From NCBI GenBank assembly GCA_964016885.1, contig OZ024753.1:39680001-39744000 (forward strand): 64,000 nt of DNA, given 5' to 3'. Both the position numbers and the translations under genes were made by a program. The notes under the pieces were generated by a model that searched no databases, was not told where the DNA came from, and saw nothing but the letters and a program-made list of their open reading frames with translations. Source of the DNA: Eledone cirrhosa. Lineage: Eukaryota. Below, piece by piece: positions 27,008-41,290 of this stretch. Positions within the stretch are counted from its first letter, which is position 1. Each line of letters begins with the position of its first letter.

Positions 27008-28452
27008 TAGGGAGTGAGAGAGAGAGAAAATGAAACTTTATATAGGATGGAAGAATTTACAATGTTGAGCTATGCATTCCAATTCTGAAGACAATTAGGG
27101 CAACAATCAAGTGATAAAAAAATCAAGCCACTAAAATGTGTCACCAATAACTTATCAGTACACCCTTGACTGCAATAATTAATTGTTTCTATTTTAGGCG
27201 CAAGGCCAGCAATTTGAAGGGAAGGGGAAAGTCGATTAAATCGACCCCAGTGCATTGCTTACTGGTACTTTATTTTATCAACCCTGTAAGGATGAAAGGC
27301 AAAGTTAACCTCGGAGGGATTTGAACTCAGAGCGTAAAGGGACGTAACTCTATGCCGCAAAGCATGTTGTCCGAAGCTCTACCGACACTATCAATCTACC
27401 ACCCTTGTAATAATAATAATTTTTGATACCGGCATAGGGAAGAAATTTTATAAGGAGCAACATATAATTATTTTGACTGATACTTATTTGCAAACAAAAA
27501 TCCACATTTATCCACATACATGTGATAAAAAAAAAATTGTATTAGTAATAATTTCCAAATTCAGCATAAAAATATATTATAGAAAGGAAGGCAAACAAGT
27601 AAGCTGCCTGGTGTGAATTATAGATTTCTGAACATTAGTGAAATAAAAATTGAAAAAGAAACCCCACCAAAAACAAAAATGTATTGTACTATATTTATCA
27701 TCATCATCACCATCCTTTTAATATTTATATGGTTTTTTTTCTCTCTCCAGTACAAGTTTGAGTAAAAGAGTCATTTTTCTATATAGTCTAGATTTTCTGT
27801 CATGTATTAGTAAAACATGATGGATGTTCTCAAACACCTATCACACTACAACTTCTCAGGTTTCCCTGTATCAAAGAACCCCTAATATCGGCTAAGCACA
27901 GCATACCTCCAGCATCTGTAAAATCGTTACATATCTCACACATATATATATAGTAATTGTTTCTACTTTAGGCACAAGGCCAGCAATTACCCAGTGCGTT
28001 ACTGGTACTATAGTAATGGATTTAAACTTCTGGTCATTACATCACATGTAGATAGTCCTGAGTTGAAACCTTGCTACACGTATTATATTGAATTATGCCA
28101 TTCCAGTCTAGCAACACAACCTAAGGTTTTGCTTGACAGATAAAAAAGGTTTACTCAAGTAATCAGTTGTCCTTACTCATGTGTTAAACACACATACACT
28201 CACACATATAATACATGTGAAGTGACAGTTATTGTCACTTTCATTCTATCCTTCATAGTTTTTGCTTTACTACATCTGCTACTAACACCACAACTACTTT
28301 CAGAATACACTTAACAACCCTTAATTCAGCCCTCACATGAACCTCAGCTCTGCTTGTATAGTCGGCCTTATGGTATAGAGGTAGTTGATCAAATATTGAG
28401 GTCAAAAAGTATTTCTAGCCAAGACCAAACTGCCTTTATTTTAAGACAAGCT

Positions 28453-28660
28453 TTAACCCTTTAACATTTAAATTACTCTATATATATACTATTGTGTTTT
28501 CACAGTAAACACTTTATCTCACATAATATCGAATCTATGAGATTTTGGTATTATTTATTTTGAGAACATAAATAAGAGTGACCAGTTATGGCCGGTTTGA
28601 ATAGAAAGAGGTGAGAAAATTTCTGGCTGGATACGGTTGGTTTAAATACTAAAGGGTTAT
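28453..28660. mobile_element. piggyBac-like MITE; relatives at 42764-42897, 34613-34800, 13585-13784
   Basis: TTAA-CCCTTTAACATTTAAA ... TTTAAATACTAAAGGG-TTAT termini. Confidence 0.7.
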
Positions 28661-29184
28661 GGTTTAGGATATAAAACAAACATATGGTTCTTTTAAAAGA
28701 CAACAGAGAAGGAAGTACATCAGGAGAAATTTGGCTAGTGCATCTTTAAGCAAATTGAGTGAAATGATTCTACACTTCAACTAATTAAAATCAACTTCCA
28801 AAATACTTTTCTTTGAAAAATATTTTTGGAATCATTTCTATGAGCATAAAATATATTTAGATATCCAAAATTTTGTCAGACTAGAGACTCAATGAAGATT
28901 ATTGGAATTTAAAATAATTGAAAATAAAATTTAATTAAAATTGTAAATGGTAAATGATAAAAGCACTTATGATTGGTGGCACATTTATTAGAATTCAATG
29001 CTTTGCCATTCTTAGGAACCTTAAAATAAAAATGAGGCTATTTATATATCATCATCATCATCATCATCATAATCCTCATTTTATATGTGCTTTCCATGCT
29101 AGCATAAGTTGGACGGGTCATCATGGTTCTAGTCAGTTATTTGGAGTATCTACCTTCGTAGAGTTAGGAGACCATTGGCTGAGA

Positions 29185-29293
<109 letters not shown>

Positions 29294-29316
29294 CAAATAC
29301 ATGTATATATATATAT

Positions 29317-29347
<31 letters not shown>

Positions 29348-29567
29348 CACAGATACATACATACATATATATATATATATTCAAAATAGGGGGCGCACAG
29401 GACAAAGACAATGGAAAGATGGACAGACCCATATATATTATATATATATATATATATAAAAACACATACACACACACATATATATACTCATACCTACATA
29501 CAGGCATGAAAAGATGCTGAGATATGTTAAATATTTCTATTGAAATAGTAACTGGCATATTTTTGTT

Positions 29568-30460
29568 CATAACATAAGCTCCACTTACAATTAACTTAAT
29601 ATATAATATAAGAGAAATAAAGAAGGGGTGGTAGAAAGAGAAAGAAGAATAGAAAAATATTGTTGTTGCACTATGTCCTTATCCTCAAGTTGGAAAACTA
29701 CCTCGTATATAATTCTTTCTGCCATAACAAAAGCTCCACTTAGAATTAACTTAATATATAACATAAGATAAATAAAGGGAGAAAGAGATAGAGGTAGAGG
29801 AAAATATTGTTGTTGCACAATGTCCTTATCCTCAAGTTGGAAAACTACCTCGTATATAATTCTTTCTGCCATAACAAAAGCTCCACTTAGAATTAACTTA
29901 ATATATAACATAAGATAAATAAAGGGAGAAAGAGAAAGAGGTAGAGGAAAATATTGTTGTTGCACAATGTCCTTATCCTCAAGTTGGAAAACTACCTCGT
30001 ATATAATTCTTTCTGCCATAACAAAAGCTCCACTTAGAATTAACTTAATATATAACATAAGATAAATAAAGGGGGAAAGAGATAGAGGTAGAGGAAAATA
30101 TTGTTGTTGCACAATGTCCTTATCCTCAAGTTGGAAAACTACCTCGTATATAATTCTTTCTGCCATAACAAAAGCTCCACTTAGAATTAACTTAATATAT
30201 AACATAAGATAAATAAAGGGAGAAAGAGAAAGAGGTAGAGGAAAATATTGTTGTTGCACAATGTCCTTATCCTCAAGTTGGAAAACTACCTCGTATATAA
30301 TTCTTTCTGCCATAACAAAAGCTCCACTTAGAATTAACTTAATATATAACATAAGATAAATAAAGGGGGAAAGAGAAAGAGGTAGAGGAAAATATTGTTG
30401 TTGCACAATGTCCTTATACGTAAAATGGAAAACTACCTCGTATATAAACCCTTCTGCCAT
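29568..30460. repeat. 147-bp tandem array, ~6 units
   Basis: The GCC anchor recurs at 29721, 29868, 30015, 30162, 30309 and 30456. Confidence 0.95.
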
Positions 30461-31115
30461 ATTCAGAAAGCAGATAAACAGAAATAGAAGCAAAATAAAA
30501 CCCAAAATGTTTAAAGTCTAGTGAGTGAAGATTTTTTCCTTTATGTTCTGTTGCCCTAATATCTAAAACACTGTCCGTCATGTCAATATCATCATCATCA
30601 TCATCATCATCATTTTACGTCCGCTTTTCCCTGCTTGCAAGGGTGAGACGGGAACTGATTCTGGCTTGATTTCTACAGCTGGATGCCCTTCCTAACACCA
30701 ACCTCATTTACAGTGAGTGCTGGGTGCTTTTTTGCCGTGGCACCTCCACGACCACTTTACAGTGGAATGATAGGGACCCCAGTCCCTATCATCTCATTTC
30801 TACAGCTGAGTAAACTGGAGCAATGTGAAATAAAGTGTCTTGCTCAAGGAAACAACACATCACCCGGTCTGAGAATTGAACTCACAACCTTTCGATTGCA
30901 AGGCCAATGCTCTAACCACTAAGCCATGTGCCTCCAATATATTGTTAGTAAAAGAACAGAAACACTAAAACCATGCTATGAGTGTATAAGTGTGTGTGTA
31001 TATGCGCATATATACATTGTTGTGTGTATCTACACATGTTAATGTCTTAGGCACACACACAAATGTATATATATATATATCGCAATCAATGTTTATCATT
31101 GATTGACCAATGGTA

Positions 31116-31192
<77 letters not shown>

Positions 31193-31338
31193 ATATATAT
31201 ATATGTGTATGTATATATATATATTATATATATGTATATATATAATATGTAGGATCCTGATGTAAATCGGGAGGCGACAACTGTTAAAATATGTACTCAA
31301 TATCTTAGAGTATAGGGATATTCATTTTCTATGATAAA

Positions 31339-31395
<57 letters not shown>

Positions 31396-31515
31396 TATAT
31401 TTGCTTGTATATGTATATGTATGCATATATTATATGTATATACATGACAATCATCATTGTCTTCCAACCCATGCTAGTATGGAAAAGCAGACTGGAAAGG
31501 ATAATGAATGTTATT

Positions 31516-31551
<36 letters not shown>

Positions 31552-31565
31552 TTGTTCATATATAC

Positions 31566-31637
<72 letters not shown>

Positions 31638-31800
31638 GTTAAGTGGAATATGTAAAAACCGTCTCTCTTCTTAATATATATATACATACATATACATATA
31701 TATATATATATATACATATATATAGATATATATATGTATATATATATATATATGTATGTATGTATGTATATAATTTCTTGCTGAATGTAAATAAAATAAT

Positions 31801-34800
31801 TTAGGCATGGATCAAATCATCATCACTATCTTCAAAGTCCTCATGGTCAACAAGGCCCTCAATGGCAGATCTTCGGCGCTGTACAACAACAATGATAAAA
31901 CCAATAGGAATCACCTGGAAAGAGAATGAAGACATATATTAAAACTATGATTCATTTACATTCTTTTTTATGTTTGTTTATCTTTTCATTTTATTGGTTT
32001 TAGTTATTGAACTTTGGCCATGCTGGGGCATCGCCATTATGTTCCAATACTCGATACTTATTTTCAAGACTGGCAAATGGATCTGGGCGAGATTTGAACT
32101 CAGAATGTAAAAACATACATGAAACTTTAATCAACTGAAGTAGATTGCTATTCTAAGATGTCAGACATCAAACACATTTGTTTGTTTATTTCAATAAATG
32201 GTCATTCCAAGCTGTGTTGAGCACCAAATATGATTTTGTATAGAAGAAATAAAATAAAAAGGACCAAAAATATAATAATAAATAAAAACTTACAGCAAGG
32301 AAAACCCATGAAGACCAGTAGTAAGCAGCACCAAAAAACCACATAGTGTAGAAAAACTTGGTGAGAAGGACTGCTAACCTTGTCATTACACATGCATCTG
32401 TAATAAATAGACAAACAACAGTAAGAAGAGTGAAATACTGAAACAATGAAAGGGCTGGATCAGAAGGAATGGTTTCAAAAAGCATTTGGCATAGATGTAT
32501 AAGAAGAGACTAGAAAAGTTGCTCCCTGGAAGGGCATCTGTCTGTAAAATATTGCCAGAAGATACCTTCAAACTATCTACAACAATAACAACAAGAAAAA
32601 GAACCAATAAATGACATAAACCTACCTTCTGGTGCAGTGACACTACAGCTCATAACATGAGGTACAGAAGAATTGCCTTTAGGTAAATGTGTGTTGTTCT
32701 GACAAGAAAAGAATAACCTTCATAAATACATGAATACATTGAACATCTAAAGAAATAACAATAATACCTAAATAAAGGGTCAGGAGGACCCTTCAGTTGT
32801 GTCAAGGACATGACATCATCCCTATTGTTGGTGATTTAAACAATAAATGCACCTAGTACACACTGTAAAGTGGTTGGGAATCGGAAGGGCATCCAGCCAT
32901 AGAGTTAGGAGGACACTCAGTTGTGTCAAAGGCATAACAACCTCTCCTAAGCACTCGATGGAATGTGAGACCATATATAAGTGGGACACAGATCCCTGGC
33001 CTGCCTGGGAGATGAGTAGCTCCGCTTCAGAACTGACTTAGTCTGTATGGACCCATCCAACTGCTCCCTATTGAGGTTTGTAATATCTGAGAGTTGATTG
33101 ATGAAGGTCCAAGAATGTCTTCTTCCTCTACTGTGTCTCTCATGTGTTGGTTCCCACAAGAGTAACTTGTGTATAAATTCCTGCTTACTTCTCAAGAAAT
33201 GTCCTGCAAATCTTAACTGACTTTGAGCAATTGTAGTTGTTATCTTGGGTAAACTTCTGTATAAACTTTCATTTGTAATACAAAAACAAGAATAGCTATT
33301 TACTTACCACATAAACCTCACTACCAAATGAAGAATATTGTGGGGTCAACTCGAATAGGATTATATTAATGGACAAAACTATCAACATCAGTATCATATT
33401 CATCATCAACATTCCTTGAGGACTTGTTCGATATGGTCGAATCTTGTACAGCTGCACAAATATAAATAAATGCACATTCAGATACATATATATATAGCAT
33501 GGAAGATGGACGTTAAATGATGATGAAGATATATATATATATATACACACTATGTTAAGGTATCAATACATATTTAATATGTATTATGGTCCTGTTTCTC
33601 AATAAATAAACTCAATGGACCTTGCTTCAGAACATCATTAATTCAAATTTAAAAGATACATTTAGAGAGAGAGAAATAGTCATATAATTTGCATTATATA
33701 TGTATATATGTGTAAAAAATACTAACGATATACCACTCTTTCTCTCACTCTAACTATATCTTTTAAATTTGAATTATATATATATATATATGTGTGTGTG
33801 TATGTGTGTGTGATTATATTGATATATACAAAAGTACTCCATACTATTCTATACATTTCAAAAATATTAATGTAAAAATATAAAAACTAAGACAATACTT
33901 ACCCTAACACAGAAAAACCAAATTCCTAGATTCCGAACTCCAGAGATTGAACAGAAGACTAAGTAAATGATGATAAGAAGTAAGATGATATAATCCAAGG
34001 GGTACACCTGTAAAAATAAAGGACTTTATAGTAAAACAAAGGAAATAATAGTGTTTTATTTTAACTGTGTCACCATCTGGAGAACAAACTATCATCATCA
34101 TCCCAGTTTATTGTCCATTTTTCCATGCTAGCATGGGTTGACAAGGTGTCCGGTGGTGAGACAAGCTCACACAAAATTGTTTCTGGCTTGGTTTCTACAA
34201 CTGGATGCCCTTCTTAACACCAACAACATTTACAGTGTGGACTGGCCGCTTCTTATCAGGGCACCCAAATGACCCCTTTACAATGTGGACTGGAGGGAGG
34301 TATGTGTGGATTGGAGATGTATATCTTGTGTGAGGCACTTACCTGATAAAGGGTGGGGTGGTAGGGACGTGGAATAAGGGTGAAGTGTTAGGACTTGGGT
34401 GGCGTGTTAGACAATGGATATAAGCCTACCACCCACCCAAGGAAGCCATGGTAAGATTTAGACTTAGAATGTAAAGAATCAGTACAAATACTACAAGACA
34501 TCCTGTTACCCAATGCTTTACCAATCCCATCAGTTCACTGCCCTAGACTGGTACTTCATTTACTAACCCCTGGAAGGATGAAAGGCAATTTTGACTTCAC
34601 TAGGAACTTTACTTAACCCTTTTGCATTTAAACCGGCCGTATCTAGCTAGAATTCTCTCACCTCTTTCTGTTCAAACTGGCCGTAATCGGTTATTCATAC
34701 TTATGTTAGGTATTGTTCTCAAAATAAATAGCATCAAAATCTCAGATTCAATATTGTGTGAAATAAAGCCTTTACTGTGAAAATACAATCGTAAATATAG

Positions 34801-36899
34801 AGTAATGTAAACAAAAAAATAATAATAAATTGTATTATTTCATTTACCTTTTGGCTGAACACCAAAACCATATCAATGGGATTTGGCAGGGTTCTTTTAG
34901 GGAGAGCATAACCAATTTTATAACCAAGGCTGTTCATTGCTTTGTCAATACTGCAGAAAAATGTATTAAAATATATTATAAACTGTATAACAACAACAAC
35001 AAATATTGTGACAGATATTTTAAATGAAAATAAAAGTTGAATGCATTAAATATCTATTAAAATATATATATCTATCATCATAATTTTACATCTGCTTTTC
35101 CCTGCTTGGAATCCAAGGGATCTGGTAATAACATCATCATTTCCTTCTTTTCGTCAACCACTTATTGCAGAGAGGGTTGTGAAGACAGTCTCCAGACATC
35201 CTTTCCAGAGAGGGCTGTGAAGACAGTCTCCAGACATGCTTTCCAGAGGGTCTTATCAGAAATAACCAGTTCTTTAACTAAATCCTTTGAAATTCTTGAT
35301 TATTTTCAAAACTAATTGACAAACAATCAGTCAGTGTAGTTCATTAAAAGCCTGATCATAAAAGGGTTAATTAAACTAGTACTCGACTATATCTGATAAC
35401 CTCAACACCCTGCTATCTTAACAACAACAACAACAACAACATACTTATCAAAAGATAAAAAAAGAGGTTCAAATTTGAAGCAAAAATAAAAGTGTAGAAT
35501 TAATTTTTAGTACATACTTGGTGAGTAGAAGAGAGAGGAAGATCAGTAGAGTTAACAGGAGGCAGAAGACACCCACAAAGATTTCAAAAGGTCTAAAAAC
35601 AAGGAGGCATTTCCTCAGGCAGCTGTTCTGCTCTTCAGCCAAGTGTCGTTCTTGTCGTTCCAGAAACCGACGATTCTCCTCCAGCTCAGCTACACGAGTT
35701 TGGTCACGGGAAGACATGTGTCTCTTACCTGAGTACTAGGGAGAGAAGATAGATAGAGAGAGAGAGTAAGTGGAAGAGGGAAAGAGGATGAGAGAAAGAC
35801 AGAGAAGACAAAAGCATCAAAGGAAAGGCCTTACATCACAAGAAATGAGAGATTATTATATAGAGTCAGCACTACGAGGTAGTTACTAACAGAGATTGTA
35901 GGGGATGTGTGGTGGGTTAACACAATGAGATATCAAGGTGTGGTTTTTACTGCACAAAGATGATGGGTGATGGGAGAGAATATAATACAAGGTGTCCCTA
36001 TTTTAATAAATATTGCCTGTGCAGGAAATCAAAGTATGTATACATTTTTGGGGGACACCCTGTATATGAACTGGTGGAGGTAGAGGACAGTGACAGCAAT
36101 TTGTATAAGAAACCATATGAAGTAAAAACATGCAGGGAGGGGAAATTCTGATGCAGGGAATGTGGGGTAAAAATTGAGAGAGAGATCGCACAGTAACTGT
36201 TGTTATTGGAATTACTTAGCTCCAGAACTATCTTGATAAAGTAGGTTTCCATTCAAAGACATTCCAGTTGTGACCATTGGGTTTATTTTTTGTAAAAGTT
36301 CAGTATATGTGTATTCAGGGGAACCTTAATCAATGTGACCTGTCTTTCTTTTAAAAATATGATTGTGTGTGACATGAGGGGTATCTGACTGCGATTTCTT
36401 GCAGCTTGAGGGTTACTCATAGAGGCTTCCTCATTGACATTTCCACAGCAACTTTCTTGGTTCTCAAAACAATAGGCTTAGGTTAAAAAGCCTGAAACCA
36501 AACACAGCTGAAATCTAGCAGAGAATCAAATGCCAAACAGCATCAGAGAACTAACTTTAGTTGTTATTTGGAAATAAAGTAAGCAAAGACCAATTCCATG
36601 GCAGATAGTCAATGAAAAGTGTAAGTACATAGTATGGTGGAGGTGAGAAGTGTGTAATTTAACACATAGAAACTACAGAGATTATGGGACAGGTTAGCAG
36701 AAAGTTGAATCTAGAAATAGAAATCCTTACTTTGTTTCTGATGACTTCAATATCTCTTGTAGTGACATTTCTGATCTGCTCTGCAGCCAGTCGGTCCTTA
36801 CCAATATTACGGTAACCCTTTATCAATCGGATTGGCATGGCAGACATACCATAGGCCTGTAAATTAATAAAGAGAAAGATAACAATATAACAAGCATAC

Positions 36900-36934
<35 letters not shown>

Positions 36935-37153
36935 GCTTTCACCGTATTTTTGACTAAAGAAAATTTAGCCTGATAATGGGGTTTAGAACCCTCAGATAAA
37001 TGGAAAAAGATGAGTATTGACGTACATGCCAATACTCATCTTTTTCCATTTATCTGAGGGTTCTAAACCCCATTATCAGGCTAAAATGTCTTTAGTCAAA
37101 AATACGGTGAAAGCTATTCTATTTTCTAATTTCAAACTTGCTCACTGTTTCAA

Positions 37154-37223
<70 letters not shown>

Positions 37224-38877
37224 TCTCAAGAAAGTGCTCAAGTGCAGAAATGCTATAAAGATAGCTTATAAAATAGGTGAAACCCTTAAAAGATGGAAAA
37301 AGAAGTTGTTATCAGCCGCTATGAGGAATTGACTCCATATCTTCCAGATACGGATCTCTGTTATAGAATAGACACAGAGCAAGACAGAGATAGAAAAGTA
37401 AGTGGAAGGCTTACTGTGTAGGTGACAATAGCCAGCATTCCCAACAGACTTAAAGTACTGATTAAGAAAGACAGAGCATCTTCTCCACCTGAAATAAGAA
37501 AAAAAGATATATATATATATATATATGGAGGCACATGATATATATATATAGATATGGAGGCACATGGCTATATGGAGGCACATGGCTTAGTGGTTAGAGC
37601 ATTGGCCTTGCAATCGAAAGGTTGTGAGTTCAATTCTCAGACCGGGTGATGTGTTGTTTCCTTGAGCAAGACACTTTATTTCAGATTGCTCCAGTTTACT
37701 CAGCTGTAGAAATGAGATGATAGGGACTGGGGTCTATATCATTCCACTGCAAAGGGGTCGTGGAGGTGCCACGGCAAAAAAGCACCCAGCACTCACTGTA
37801 AATGAGGTTGGTGTTAGGAAGGGCATCCAGCTGTAGAAATCAAGCCAGAATCAGTTCCCGTCCCACCCTTGCAAGCAGGGAAAAGCGGACGTAAAATGAA
37901 ATGATGATGAAATGATGATATAGGACATCCAGCTGTAGAAAACCTGCAAGATAGTCCTATATGAGCGAGACACGGTCACCCGACCAGCCTTGCCTCAAGT
38001 GGAACAACTCCCGTCTAACCCAAGCTAGCATGGAAAATGGATGTTAAACGACGATGATGATGATGATGATGATGATGATATATAGTCTGCAGTGCTGAGA
38101 CTGGGGAGACGACTAATCATGGGAGTACTCAGAGTGGTTATAGAGATAAGTAAAAACCACAAACCAAACCACTTGGTGCCATGGACAGGATTTTACCTTA
38201 CACATATATATATATAGTATTAGTTATACTATTTATGGTTATGTAAATACAAAACCTTATGCAGTTATAAGTATTTTACACACACCCTAAATAGTGGTAG
38301 GCAGTAATGTATTACTACCTTATTACCAGTAAGTTAAGTAGCTCAATGTAAAAACATCAGATGATTTACAGAGCAGTTATATGAAATATAAGAATCAAAG
38401 AACTGTTCAAAACATTATTGTGCTTACAGCTGTTTCCTCCAAACCGAGGTTTGGATTCTTCGGAGCAATTTATTAATGCATGGACAGTTATATGACCTCC
38501 TTTTCAGCCGAGAGACATACCGATACATATTCAAACATTGATACATATTCAAACATTGTGGGTCAACATTCATTACAGAATTTAGAGTGGCAGTACACAC
38601 TTCGAGATTACATTTATATTAAGAGGTACAATCAAAAATCAAAATATATTTCATATATATATATATATATATATGTATGTATATGCTGTTGAAATGTTGG
38701 GTAAATATTCTATTGCGGTCGGCCGCGAAGAGGCTGCTGTCGTTTATTTATCAAATATTTCTTCATAGGAGCCTTATTCTTATAGCCTGGTCCAATTGAT
38801 TTTTTATGTGGTTAATTATGATAATTGGGAGAGGAAATGGTGTATATATTTTATCAAATGATTCTATGGACATACTT

Positions 38878-38924
<47 letters not shown>

Positions 38925-39460
38925 GATAAATCTACCAAGAGTTTACGGTAGTGTCCAATCCGTATGAAGAACTCAATGTAATCCGGATATCATGGAAAGA
39001 AGAGATGCATTCAAAAATCACTTTCGGTGAAAGATAAACGGAATACAGAGTCAAGATAAAATATTAAAAAAATAATGAATAAAACAATGAAACAGTTCCT
39101 TATATTAAACAAAAAAAGTTCATTATTTAACGATCGTTTCTAGGACATATATGTGTTAGAATTGGCATGCATATTTAACAGATCTATGTACAAAATTATA
39201 CAAAATTATACAAACTATCAAATTTAATATACATACCAACACATATATATGCCGTCTTCAGAAATAATTATTTCTGAAGACGGCATATGTATGTGTTGGT
39301 ATGTATATTATATTTGATAATTTGTATAATTTTGTACATAGATCTGTTAAATATGCATGCCAATTCTAACACATATATGTCCTAGAAACGATCGTTAAAT
39401 AATGAACTTTTTTTGTTTAATATAAGGAACTGTTTCATTGTTTTATTCATTATTTTTTTA

Positions 39461-39519
<59 letters not shown>

Positions 39520-41253
39520 GGGTTGTACATGGAAGCATGTAAGTTATGTTTATGTATAATAAACATCTTTTTAGCCTTGCTATGACTGTTTTAATAGTCT
39601 GTGGTCATGTCACTGCTATCTGAGAAAACGAGAGAGAGAGGAGTACTTAATATAATTGAAAAACTCACAAATATTGTGATGAATGTTAGGACATGTGATA
39701 TGATTGGTCCTTGATGTGAGCATTCTTCCAAATACCTTGTGATTCCCACTACACATACATACTTAAGTTTTGCGTAGTATATAATTGTTTCTATTTATAA
39801 TTGTTTCACAAGGCCAGAAATTATCCCAGTGCATTACTGGTACTTTATTTTATCGACCCCGTAAGGATGAAAGGCAAAGTTAACATCGGCAGGATTTGAA
39901 CTCAGACCATAAAGGGCCGTAACTCTATGCTGCAAAGCATGGCGTCCGACCCTCTACCGATGCTGCCAAATAATGGAACAATAACTATAACACAGATTCA
40001 GTGTAGATGTGCTGAGAAAGACACTAGTTATGTATTCAAAACATTGAGGAAATGATGAGAGAGGAAGAGAGAGATAAATACTATATCATCATCATCATCA
40101 TCGATACTATATGTATCTTGTATGTGATTGAGTCAATATTGTATTGAACCTCGCATCCCTCTCCCCACCAGAAGGATGAAAAGTGAAGCAGACTCTAACT
40201 GGATTTGAAGGTAAAAAGAACTATTGAAATATTTCAAGGTATTTTGTCTTTTGTTCATACAGTCAGCCCTCTTCATGATGTCAATGATGATGATGATGAT
40301 GATGATGATGATAATAAATATATTTATACGAACGGTTGTCGCCCAAGCTTTTCAAAAGGTCTTCAATTTTCTGCCAGTCAGTCTCATTTGACATATTGAT
40401 TATATCCCTTTTGGGTAAGAAAGCACTAGAAAAATATACGAAAAGAAAAGAAAATGAGTGAAGAAGGAGAGAGAGAGAGAGAGAGATACTCATGTAAGCA
40501 GATGTGTGTGCATGTGTGTGTGTTTGTAGGTGAATGTTAATATATTTTATTTCATTTAATGATAGTAATTTGGATGCAGGCATATCTAAGAGATTAAGAA
40601 GTTCATGAGCTGTAATTCTATAAGAGCATAATGGGCTGCAATTCTATGTCACGAACATGGTGTCCAACGCTCTACCGATTCTGCCAATCCACCACCATAA
40701 TAATAATAATAATAATAATGTTTCTAATTTTAGCACAAGGCCAGCAATTACACTAGTGCATTACTGGTACTTTATTTTATCGACCCCTTAAGGATGAAAG
40801 GCAAAGTTAACCTCGGTGGATTAATAATAATAATGATGATGTAAAAAAATCCTTACCCCAAAATAAGCAACACAGCAGCAATTAAAACAAACACAAAAGT
40901 GTATTTGAATGCACCACAGCACCTCTGAAAATAGAAGCAAGAAAGGTAGACATAATTACTTATCCTCTCACCAGAGACAATTAAATAAGCACTAGCAATC
41001 GTTCATAAGCCCTAGGTAAACTCAGTGCTCCAGCCATGACCATCCAGACTTTCTCTAAGGCATTGCATATATCAGACCACATCACCCTGTTCAAAACACT
41101 AGTGTGTAATTTGAAGGAGATTTGGCATCTACTTCTAGCAGGTCGAGTGCTTATGTACAACCTGTTTTGTTGACTCAAATCAGTACCACTATTATATAAA
41201 GGCATGTTCCGCATAAAATAGCCATGTGTAAGAAACTAAAAGTGTATATACCA

Positions 41254-41290
<37 letters not shown>

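Noticed and set aside
34613-35370. piggyBac-like ends apparently enclosing LMBRD1 exon 10
   Set aside because: The right end matches only ~11 nt, and the exon is an ordinary conserved exon.
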